From Trichomonas gallinae (taxonomy: Eukaryota), in the NCBI GenBank assembly GCA_008369845.1, contig MRSU01009362.1, positions 1-38,535 of the forward strand: 38,535 nucleotides of DNA, in the 5' to 3' direction. Numbering within the stretch: position 1 is the stretch's first letter; the number at the start of each line of letters is the position of its first letter. The notes below the pieces were generated by a model. It had not been told where the DNA came from. It saw only the letters and a program-made list of their open reading frames with translations, and made no database searches. Made by a program: the position numbers and the translations under genes. Shown here one piece after another: positions 29,575-38,535 of this stretch.

Positions 29575-30637
29575 CTAGCTAATAATCAACAATAGTACTA
29601 TATATGTAAAGATGTCGGATTTTCCTTGTGACAACAAATTTCCGCTACCCCTGGGGTACCCTGGATGTAAGATAATCATGATTATCTTAATCTGATATAT
29701 TCCTTTTGTATACCATTTCTTTGGAATTTGATAGATGAGTGGCTTCTTTTCTTTGCAATCGAATCTATCATCAAGATATCCAGCAACATGTTCATAATTT
29801 ATGCACAGCTGTGCATTAGGAACAGTTGTGAATTCAAATTCTAAGTATGTATTTTGAGGTACATATAACTTAGTATTAAGCTCTACTGTTGCATATGATT
29901 CTCCAAATTCCGTATAGCTTAAATCATTGAGTGTTGTAGATATGTCAATTCTAGATTTGATAGTATGATTCAAACTTCACACCAGGATTTTCAAATCTGT
30001 TTTTTGTTGTATCCTCGCAGAAAATGTTATCCGCGAATTTGTTGCAAACGCAACCATAGCCTTCTGAGGTCCTTCCATACTCAGGATATCCATTTCCGTT
30101 GCAGTCAGCATCATTCTTCTTTTTACATGTATCTGTATAGTATCCTGGCAAACAATCTTGAGTGTAGCAATCCTGCAGAACTACTGTTTCACTAGTCATT
30201 CGTGTTCCATTTAATTCTGCATACAGCTCTCCAGAACAAACAGATTTGGTTACCCAATAAGCCATTGCCAAAGGGTAACATCTGTTAGCATAAAACATTT
30301 GCTCGAATGTTTTATAGTACCATTTTGAACAATAGACCAATTCATGTTGTTCTTTTATTCGATTAAAATCGAACATTCCATAAAGAGCAGGTTTCGACGA
30401 TAGTGTTAAATCAGCTTTTCCTGTTTGTTTCGGACAAAAGGATCCGGCTACTCAATCATAAACACCTTTGTTTTTTGATAAATAATAAGATGTATAGTTA
30501 TCTTCTAACTCGGGTTTTGCATTATCATCATTTTGTTTGTAGTGTCCTATTATTCCTAAATTACCAGTCTGTCTTTTACATGTGATGTCGGGATAGTTAT
30601 CTCCAGAGTCTAGAAGGGTGTAAAAGAGCTGAAACAT
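29575..30637 (-). pseudogene. Disrupted Cys-rich secreted/surface protein gene (two PA14-like beta segments flanking an EGF-like Cys cluster)
   Basis: ORFs 30452-30637 and 29951-30376 are in the same frame and joined across a single TGA (YD*VAGSFCPKQTG). One extra base at about 29972-29974 shifts into ORF 29575-29973. The product has a short hydrophobic N-terminus, CLPGYYTDTC...CNGNG...GCVCN...FCE, and a hydrophobic C-terminal tail. The domain names are tentative. Confidence 0.75.
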
Positions 30638-31211
30638 TTAATAGTTTGAACTTCAAATATGACGCAGTTTTTAGAAAAATTTTTCTCTAAAAAAAAATAT
30701 TTGATCCAATTAATTTTTGACTTAATTATATCTTTTTGCTGCATTCGACGGAGCTATATCAATCCTTATGATGCCATGCGAATGCTCTGAAAAAATTGAG
30801 TGCCGCGTGCATATAGAAGATTCTGATGATCTTAGGCACAAGTAAATAATAGAATGTGAATAAGTGTAATAGAGATTTGTGAATTTTGCACTTATTGACT
30901 TTTCGAACATTGATCAATTTTAACAAACATGAACAATGCGAAGGAAAAAAACTATTTTAGAAATAATATAAATTCGGTGGTTGCGAGTTTGATTGCGGAT
31001 TACATCATCTTTTTTCTTATGTAAACTTTTGTGCTTACATTTTTTGTAATATTATTCTATATCATTTTCTTGTTTGATTCATCGAAAAATTTCTCAAAAA
31101 TTTTAATCTTAATATTTATATAAAAATTAATGTCTATAGATCATTATTATTTCATATTGAGAAATTTAAATTTTGAAAATCGCCGATTATTTTTCTATAT
31201 CCTTCTTAAAA

Positions 31212-31820
31212 ATGTCGAAACAAGGCCAAGGAATTCCAAAAAATCAGAAGCCATACCTCAAGATTATTCTTGTGGGCGACAGTGGTGTCGGCAAAACGTG
31301 CCTGATATCTTCATATTTCAGACAATCTTTTGAACATCAATCTATTCCAACGGTAGCGCCTGCTTATTCATGCTCAGATGTTAAGAGAAAGGATGGATCA
31401 GTTGTTTCATTGCAGATTTGGGACACTGCTGGCCAAGAAAGATACCATTCCGTTTCTAAATTGTTCTTCAGAGACTCATCGCTGGCTTTCATTTGCTTCG
31501 ATGCAGGCGATGAGGATTCTACAAGCAATATTCCAAATTGGATTAAAAGAGTTTACGATGAAGTACCATATTGTCAATTTTTTTTGGTTCTAACTAAGTC
31601 TGATCTTCATACAAAGGATGAATTAGCACAATTGAAGAAAGAAATACAAGGAAAGTATTCGGATCCCAGCATAAAAGGCTTTTACATAACATCAGCATTA
31701 GAGAGAGAAGGAGTTCAAGAAATATTCAATGATGCGGCCGAAGTATATGTCTCTAAAGCTAAAGAGCAGCCAGCAAAGCCAGTCGAAGTCGAACAAAAAG
31801 AAAAGAAAGGATGCTGCTAA
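31212..31820 (+). CDS. Rab family small GTPase (divergent, lineage-specific type)
   Basis: GDSGVGKT, effector loop PTVAPAY, WDTAGQERY, TKSD (NKxD variant), TSAL and a C-terminal GCC prenylation motif. The first ATG is at 31212. Confidence 0.95.
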   Translation: MSKQGQGIPKNQKPYLKIILVGDSGVGKTCLISSYFRQSFEHQSIPTVAPAYSCSDVKRKDGSVVSLQIWDTAGQERYHSVSKLFFRDSSLAFICFDAGDEDSTSNIPNWIKRVYDEVPYCQFFLVLTKSDLHTKDELAQLKKEIQGKYSDPSIKGFYITSALEREGVQEIFNDAAEVYVSKAKEQPAKPVEVEQKEKKGCC

Positions 31821-31924
31821 TATTTTACAATCTATCTATCAAATATACAACTGTTAATATGTACTGTAAAGATCTATAATATAAAACATTAAATTTATCA
31901 AACAAAAATTATAAAACATATAAA

Positions 31925-32821
31925 TTATGAGAAAAATAACAATTCTGGTGAACCCATTGACAACAAAAGCGGCATTGCAATGTTTTCGCTAGTGATACTT
32001 GGGCGTTGATCATACCAATATAGAGTTGAAGTATATTCTTCCAAATTTAATGTATTAACAGCTTCTGTGATACGCTGATCTTCTTCTCTGACAGGTAAGA
32101 ACTTTGGAAGTTCTCCTGATGGATAAATATTTTTGAGTAATTTTCTGATGGCTTCCATCTTTGCAGGATCAGCTTGAGAAACTTGCTGCTTTTCGACTTT
32201 TTGTTTGTGACTATGTTCAGTATCTTTGGAGCTTTTAACATCTTCATTTCGAATTAATTTCGGTTTAGTTTTAACTGGAACAGATTCAGTGCGATGAACT
32301 TGCACATCAGTAGTTGGAAATGGTTTAGGATTGGATCTATCAATAATTTTCGAATGCTTTTTCTTTGAACTGAAAGTTGGCTGATTTGGATCGGGACCCA
32401 TGTTGGAAAACGGGTCATCGACAATAGTATTAGTCTTTTTCTCTGTTTCTACTGGTATTGGTTGGGGAATTGAAGTTGTTTTAGCTCTGTGATCAACAAT
32501 ATCGACAGAAATTGGATACGGCTGCCTTTTTTCATCTATTGAAGGTCTGTAGTAGTATTCATCCCTCGGATTCGATCCATAATAAGGAGGAGAGCGTTCT
32601 CGTGATCGATAATCGTAAGAAGGAGAAAGTCTGTCATCAGTATACGAACTACCGTATCCCATGCCACCATATGGCCTAGAACTATACTTATTATCGCTAT
32701 GCAACGGATATGGATATCTTTCGCGAAGATCATGAATCCTATCATCATTCCCGTGATACTCCGGGCTTCGTGGACTTCTGTCGTCATCATCGTGCCTTCT
32801 ATCTCTTATTAATCCCGACAT
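31925..32821 (-). CDS. Hypothetical protein with a low-complexity Arg/Asp/Ser/Pro/Tyr-rich N-terminus
   Basis: 298 aa ATG-initiated ORF with an Inr-like GTCACTTTTT about 30 bp upstream. It contains RSPRSP and RSRERSPPYY motifs. No domain recognised. Confidence 0.75.
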   Translation of the reverse strand: MSGLIRDRRHDDDDRSPRSPEYHGNDDRIHDLRERYPYPLHSDNKYSSRPYGGMGYGSSYTDDRLSPSYDYRSRERSPPYYGSNPRDEYYYRPSIDEKRQPYPISVDIVDHRAKTTSIPQPIPVETEKKTNTIVDDPFSNMGPDPNQPTFSSKKKHSKIIDRSNPKPFPTTDVQVHRTESVPVKTKPKLIRNEDVKSSKDTEHSHKQKVEKQQVSQADPAKMEAIRKLLKNIYPSGELPKFLPVREEDQRITEAVNTLNLEEYTSTLYWYDQRPSITSENIAMPLLLSMGSPELLFFS

Positions 32822-32925
32822 ATAATAAACAAAAATTAAATCCAGTAAAAAGTGACATAGTTTCTACCAAAAAAAATCAAAATCATTCATGTCAAAGTTT
32901 TTTCTTCAATCCACATATATCAAAG

Positions 32926-33259
32926 ACTGGATGATATTTCTCTGTTCTATTGGTTCTAATGGACATGATCATTAAGTTATTCCTGTAGATATCAAGATAT
33001 CATTAAGTTGCAATGTCAAAAAAATTAGGAATTTGACACACGATTATTTTCCACACAACTCGCTTTTAGTTTACAAAAACATTATGATTCTTCAACAAAT
33101 CAGGAATCTGAATGATCTTTATATGTTTTATTGGTTCTAATGGACAAGATAATGAAGTTGTTGTTATAGATATCAAGATATTACATGTTTCCTCAGTGTG
33201 CCAATAAAATAGTTTGGAATTTGACATACGATTATTTCCACTCAACTCACTTTTAGTTG
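32926..33259. repeat. Diverged direct repeat, 2 copies of about 150 bp at about 181 bp spacing
   Basis: TATTGGTTCTAATGGACA at 32948 and 33129, each followed by AGATATCAAGATAT...GGAATTTGACA(C/T)ACGATTATTT...CAACTC(G/A)CTTTTAGTT. Confidence 0.85.
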
Positions 33260-33482
33260 GACGATTATTATCAATTCAAAATGACCAAAATTTGAATTTT
33301 CAAGTGAAATTAATCAATGTTAATCATTAAGTTAACTTTGACCAGCACTATATGCATATGTGATTCAATTAGAATATGCAATTGATTGCCAATTTGTTAA
33401 ATTTCAGAATTATAATTTTTTCATATTTTCAATGTTTTCTTGAATGAGATTAAATTATAATAAGTGTAGATATACAAACAAT

Positions 33483-34481
33483 TTAGTGGAAAGGAATAAG
33501 TTTCAAGATTAAGTCTTGAGTTTGGCTGATGTTAATCAGATTTGTTATATGATATTCAACATTTCTTGTTGTGGAAGATGCTACTAAAGACGCAATGTAT
33601 TCTGCACACTCCGCTGGATCATAAACATTGCCTTTAAAATCAGGGAATCTTTGAAGGAATGAATCAAGATCTGTTTTGAGTTTCTCGCAGAGCATATCAT
33701 AGTGAGTAAAAACGAGTGTTATTGGACATCTTTCAAAGTCCTTATCATCACAAATTTGATGATAAAAATCTAACGCGTCATCAAGTCTGTTAATATCATT
33801 TGCCTCGTATAAAGGAAGATCGTAGTCGCTAAGTGATACAAAAAATATAATTTTCGAGATATTTGTAGTTGATTTAATTTTAGTTCTTTCGGATCTTGCG
33901 CCTCCGCAGTCTAAGATCTGAATTAAATCATCCTTATGGACAAATGCTTTTCTATTGATGCCAACGGTCCTCACACGGGCCCTAGTTAAAGAGTTCATTG
34001 TTGGCTGGAAATCTTTGTTAAGTAATGTTTGAAGATTACGTATGATATACTGTGCATGTGGGTACTGGTGCACGGATAATGCCGACATTTCTTTCTGTAT
34101 GACTGGTTGGAGATAAATATTTTTTAATCTGTTAACATCAGATTCAGAAAGCTCAATACCGCTTGTTCTTATGTTTAAATACGGATCGATGTATTTTCTG
34201 AACGCTGGAGAAAGTTCAGTATTCTTCCTTTCTAATGAGTCCATTGTTTGCTGGAGAAACGATACAACATTATCCTGAATAACAAGTCTGAAGTTATCAT
34301 AGTCGGTATCTGTGAAATTTGGTGTTGATAATCCTTCCAATTGAGTTAAGAAGGTTGTCTTGCCGGAATTCGAGGGACCAATAAGCATTATTCGCTTCTC
34401 TACAGCGAAAACACCGTGAACTTTCGTAAAAACATGCTTTTCTGGCGACTCACCTTCGTTGAATGCTGAGGGTTCAGTCAT
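33483..34481 (-). CDS. Heterotrimeric G-protein alpha subunit, divergent
   Basis: IMLIGPSNSGKTT, a helical insertion domain, RARVRTVGI (switch I Arg and Thr), DCGGARSER, IIFFVSLSDYDLPLYE...NRLDDAL, and LVFTHYD at the NKxD position. Confidence 0.9.
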   Translation of the reverse strand: MTEPSAFNEGESPEKHVFTKVHGVFAVEKRIMLIGPSNSGKTTFLTQLEGLSTPNFTDTDYDNFRLVIQDNVVSFLQQTMDSLERKNTELSPAFRKYIDPYLNIRTSGIELSESDVNRLKNIYLQPVIQKEMSALSVHQYPHAQYIIRNLQTLLNKDFQPTMNSLTRARVRTVGINRKAFVHKDDLIQILDCGGARSERTKIKSTTNISKIIFFVSLSDYDLPLYEANDINRLDDALDFYHQICDDKDFERCPITLVFTHYDMLCEKLKTDLDSFLQRFPDFKGNVYDPAECAEYIASLVASSTTRNVEYHITNLINISQTQDLILKLIPFH

Positions 34482-34809
34482 TTATTAAGAACTGAAAATT
34501 AAATAATATTAAATACGACATTTCGTTTATTTTTATGTGTATTTTATTTCGAAAAATAATCCGGAATTAAATTTAATTTCTAAATTACACTTTTTATCTA
34601 CCGAGCACCATCACAATAGTTTCTTGGTGATAGGCCGATCAAATATACAAGAATTAGTAGTTAATTACGGTGTTTTTAAAAATATCGAATAAATAACAGG
34701 AGTTCATTGTTTTTAGTCAGTGAACTTATATATAAAACCACAAGATAACACATAATCGTGGGATTCTCTATAAAACATAGACATTTATTTCAACGATACA
34801 AATTAACAG

Positions 34810-35622
34810 TCACATTTTTGGATTTGAATCATTCATTTTTGGATCATCTGGTGTGACTGGAACGCTCACTTCATGCTGTTTAGCATGATAATCTTTTGTT
34901 AAAACTTCTTTCGGAATATCTTTGATCATTACCTGCATTGGAGGATAAAGACTATGACATACATTATATGTGAGCTTTGCTAGTTCTTGCATCGCTGGTT
35001 CAAATATGATATGTCTATTATTCCAAAAGTTGTTCACGCATCTAATGAAATTTTTGTTCAATTTGTTGAATTCTCCTTGTGTCTTTTCATATCTAATACG
35101 TAATTCGGCAGCTTCTTTAGGATCCCCTTTCTTCGAATGTGATTCAACTCTGCTTTTGAGAGAAGCAGCTAACAAGCGAGTATCATGTCTCTGCTTTCTC
35201 ATATTGTTAAGTTCCTTTATTGCTTCATTGATTTCTTTAAACACTTTCTCAACATTTTGTTTATAAATTTCAAGTTGTTGAGATTTGCATTGTTGGGATA
35301 TTGTTCTGGCAAAATCATCTAATGCCAAAACTGTAGGATCCTCTTTTCTACCAAGTTTACGATCAGAATTTCGAAAATGAGTTGTAAATTCCATGGAAGA
35401 GTCTGCAACTTTAGGGAATATCGTGGAAAGTTCTTTCAAATCCATTTCAAAATGATATGCCATTCTTTCGAGACTTTCAAGCTTTTCTTTTGCATCTTCT
35501 ATTATTGGATCTCTTTCGTATTCATCTTTATTGAATTGTTCCTTGGCAAACTGAGCCTGCATCAAAACCATGTCTTTGGTTTTGTTGGCGAACGTTTTAA
35601 TCTTATCAACACCTTGCTTCAT
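34810..35622 (-). CDS. All-helical coiled-coil protein, probable BAR domain
   Basis: Amphipathic N-terminus, ERDPIIEDAKEKLESLE (BAR helix-1-like), three long helices with KQRHDTRL and YEKTQGEFNKLN, and a Pro-containing tail. The start is placed at MKQGVD (35622); an upstream ATG at 35682 is possible. Confidence 0.65.
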   Translation of the reverse strand: MKQGVDKIKTFANKTKDMVLMQAQFAKEQFNKDEYERDPIIEDAKEKLESLERMAYHFEMDLKELSTIFPKVADSSMEFTTHFRNSDRKLGRKEDPTVLALDDFARTISQQCKSQQLEIYKQNVEKVFKEINEAIKELNNMRKQRHDTRLLAASLKSRVESHSKKGDPKEAAELRIRYEKTQGEFNKLNKNFIRCVNNFWNNRHIIFEPAMQELAKLTYNVCHSLYPPMQVMIKDIPKEVLTKDYHAKQHEVSVPVTPDDPKMNDSNPKM

Positions 35623-35826
35623 TACGAAATCTAAAATATGCCACGTAAATATTAAAATGACATGTAAAGATTTATTTGACATAATTTATTTCACATTACG
35701 CAATCGTAAATAAAGGCATTTATCTAAAAATGTAGCTCAAAAATCGAAATAGTATTCTGTTTACCCTTTAGAAATCTAAGAAGTTCATCAGATAGTTTTG
35801 TAATTGATTGTTGAATTTCTTAAATA

Positions 35827-35897
35827 TGTCATGTAATCATAATATTTTGGCATGTGTTATAATATTTGACACGTAATAACAAAATTTGACACGTAAT
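35827..35897. promoter_or_regulatory. Four copies of a TG(T/G/A)CA(T/C)GT(AAT) motif at about 20 bp period
   Basis: TGTCATGTAAT (35827), TGGCATGTGTT (35848), TGACACGTAAT (35867) and TGACACGTAAT (35887), in the divergent BAR/kinase intergenic region. Confidence 0.55.
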
Positions 35898-36643
35898 TTG
35901 TTTCCCATTCATCGTCAAATTCACAGTTATTTTGCAAATGCCATTTTTATATCGAAAGTATTGTTATACATATGATGTATTTGCCAAAAATCGCGTTGAG
36001 AATCTTCAAAAAACATTCTGTAGTGATTTTTGAATCCGATTAATATCGTTTTGCGCTAATTTGTTGAGAAACGGGCTAATTAACAAATGAACAATCTAGT
36101 TCATAGGCGAATGCTCCAGAAAAACCAACTGTTGAGTGGCAATTGAAAAATTCTGTGCGTAATGGATTTGAATTGTTTTTTATCGTTTTACATTCAAAAA
36201 TTAATCTTTAGAAATTATATAAAAATATTGATTGACACACTGTATTATGCATTATTGAAAGTTTTCATTTGAAATCATTGAAAAACGTTCTCTTACAAAA
36301 CCTATATTTGTCTAAAACCTCAATAATCATGATTAATATTATCTATATAATACTATATCTGAATTTGTAGTGTAAAAGCAAAAATTTTTTGAAGACCATT
36401 CAATTTTTGAGATTTTGACGGCTATCGAATAATACTCTAATACATTTACAATACAGTAATCCGCGAAAATTAGCATAAAAAAATAAAATTTCGAAGAAGC
36501 ATTTTTCAAAGCAATTTTTCGTTCAAAATTTATCTCCCACACAAGTTTTGCTTTCTATCATGTTCTAGAACAAATGGTCAAGGTTTGAATTAAAGGCATC
36601 ATTCAAAATATTGAGAAATGTCAAAAAAAAAAATTCATAATTC

Positions 36644-37561
36644 ATGCAGGAAGCAGTTAGCGCGCTATCTCTTTATGGGTATGACTTTGTGAAGGTCTTA
36701 TATATTGGCAGGTCATCGCACATTTACTTGATCAGGTGCCAGCAGTACCACCAGAAATATGTTTGCAAAGTTTCCGTAGAAGGTTCCAAGGACACCAATG
36801 TAACTGAATCTTATAAGAGGGAAGTTGAAGCATTGTTGGCTCTTGACCATCCTAACATCATAAGAATCCTTGATGCCTTCAGGAAAGGAAACTTGTTATT
36901 CATTATCACAGAATATTGTCCAAATGGATCACTTCAGTCATATTTGGCTGCAAATCAGAAATTACATGATGCGCAGTTACTCCAATATACAAAAGAAATC
37001 ATCAGCGCTCTTTCTTATATTCATTCTCGTGGCCTGTCACATGGAAACATTCATCCATCGAACATTTTATTAGATGAGAATGGAGAAATCAAATTATGCG
37101 ACTTTGGAGCTTCATTTGGCACTCATACAGTTGAAATAAGACAAGATTTAATCGTGAAGTATTTTTCAGCACCAGAAATGACAACATCAATGATATATGA
37201 TCCAATGAAAGCTGACATGTGGTCACTAGGTGTTACTCTTTATTCGATCGCATCCGGAAAGAATATTATTAGCGCAAAGAATCTTGATTTTTGCATCCAT
37301 GAAGTACGCAATGGAAGAGATCACCTTGTATACATATCAAGAACGATGAGAAATATAATCAATAGTTGCTTAAGCACAAAACCAAGCGACAGACCAAATG
37401 TCTATGAGATTAAGAAGATGCTCGACTCATCTCATATATCTGCCAGACCAATCAAGAATTTCAACGAATCTCCAAGTGTCTTATCTAGCAGTGGAAAGAC
37501 ATCGCTCAAGGATGTGAGTTTGGCTGCTAGAAGGAATCGCAACAGTTATTCCGGTAATTGA
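36644..37561 (+). CDS. Ser/Thr protein kinase-like (CAMK/STE-type fold), probable pseudokinase
   Basis: YVCKV, REVEAL, HPNII, ITEYCPNGSL, catalytic loop HGNIHPSNILL, DFG, SAPE and ADMWSLG. An Inr-like TCATA lies upstream of the ATG. Confidence 0.9.
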   Translation: MQEAVSALSLYGYDFVKVLYIGRSSHIYLIRCQQYHQKYVCKVSVEGSKDTNVTESYKREVEALLALDHPNIIRILDAFRKGNLLFIITEYCPNGSLQSYLAANQKLHDAQLLQYTKEIISALSYIHSRGLSHGNIHPSNILLDENGEIKLCDFGASFGTHTVEIRQDLIVKYFSAPEMTTSMIYDPMKADMWSLGVTLYSIASGKNIISAKNLDFCIHEVRNGRDHLVYISRTMRNIINSCLSTKPSDRPNVYEIKKMLDSSHISARPIKNFNESPSVLSSSGKTSLKDVSLAARRNRNSYSGN

Positions 37562-38535
37562 TTTTGTTATTTCTTAATTCTCTTTTATTGTTTTATTATA
37601 TTTTTAAACGAATGTTATTATTTCTATCAATTAGATGTTTTATTTAACCATATAAGGAACGGATAATATGAAATGAACCGTGTATTTGATCTTTTCACTA
37701 TAGATAAACATTATACATTCAATATTCAATGATGAAATATTATATTTTGAACTATTACTGCTGTGAAATGAATAATAAATAGTATACATAACTATTTAAT
37801 TTGTTTAAATGCTATAACGGCGTGGAAATTGATAAAAATATTACGACATCTTTTGATCAAAACGTGTTTTACAAAATTAGTATATTGGTAATGTAAATAC
37901 ATAAAATAGTTACTCATTTGCATTTTTCTAGAACATCATTATGCATTAATTATTTCAGCGAAGAAATTTAATGGACAGTAAAGTTTGCAATATCTTCATA
38001 TGGATATATTGTGGAATATACACTGTTTTTGCAATTAAAGATATCACATTCTTAATTAGCGTTGTCTTGTATTATGAAGAGTTATTTTCTTGTCTTGCAA
38101 TTTCAAATATATGCTTATTATGTGTAATATAGTCGAAATATACTTTTAAATACAAAATCAACCTTATTTCATGATGAAATTTAAAATATATTTTTTTCCA
38201 AAACTGAATAATTATACAGGGATCATTATTTTATAGCTGTTTTTATTATCATTTTTTGTGAAATAATATTTTTCAAAAATAATTCTGAAAATATGGTTTA
38301 TGTAATGAATATTTATCAAATTTAAAATCAAAAAAATTTTTGTTTGAAAAAATTAAAATTTGGAAAGGTACTCCAGCTGACTTCTGACGCTCCGTTGGCA
38401 GCGAAACTATGGATATAGGTAGATCATACCATAGAGGATCTATATGTAGAATATTGAGGAACTCTATCGAGGATTTTTCGAGAAAAAGTATTTTAAAATT
38501 GGATACTTTTGTCATGTTTATCTTTTTAAAAATTT

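Noticed and set aside
30452..30454. In-frame TGA as selenocysteine or programmed readthrough
   Set aside because: The same gene also has a frameshift, the context suits Trp (TGG to TGA), TGA is used as a true stop elsewhere in the window (e.g. 7942-7944), and no SECIS was recognised.
30722..30910. Short ORF or possible C/D snoRNA (TGATGA and CTGA words)
   Set aside because: The boxes are not in a convincing order or spacing with terminal stems, and no guide complementarity can be verified.
2617..35622. Functional cluster of trafficking genes (Arf, beta-adaptin, Rab, BAR)
   Set aside because: These families are hugely expanded in trichomonads and are interspersed with unrelated genes, so co-occurrence is expected by chance.
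282..37073. Numerous 60-130 aa ORFs nested in or antisense to the main CDSs
   Set aside because: Shadow ORFs of real genes with no independent motifs.
38273..38515. 80-aa ORF and small inverted repeats near the window end
   Set aside because: No recognisable domain and only short stems; the context is truncated by the window edge.

Overview
Eukaryotic, gene-dense, apparently intronless DNA with very AT-rich intergenic spacers. It is most consistent with Trichomonas vaginalis or a close parabasalid relative. This is an inference from TCA(T/C)(T/A) Inr-like elements just upstream of ATGs, TAA(A) stops, codon usage and the mix of divergent Rab, G-alpha, ABCA, ankyrin and kinase paralogues. The window holds about 16 intact CDSs and one disrupted gene: a capping-enzyme homologue, Arf, katanin p80, a UBL-like membrane protein, a giant acidic repeat protein, a half-size ABCA transporter, an MT-A70 family protein, a DCX plus P-loop protein, TMCO1, beta-adaptin, an ankyrin protein, a Cys-rich surface-protein pseudogene, Rab, a hypothetical protein, G-alpha, a BAR-like protein and a kinase. 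I recognised no tRNA, rRNA, CRISPR array or transposase. The main highlights are: (1) a full-length metazoan-type mRNA capping enzyme homologue with both active sites substituted; (2) an MT-A70 (AMT6/7-MTA9-like) adenine-methyltransferase-family gene with DPPS for DPPW and no usable AUG start; (3) its shared divergent promoter carrying 8 co-oriented TTTACA(C/T)GACA motifs, with a related array near 35.8 kb; (4) further pseudo-enzymes, namely an HGN kinase and a Gln-to-Ala G-alpha. All family calls come from motif recognition by eye, not from database searches.
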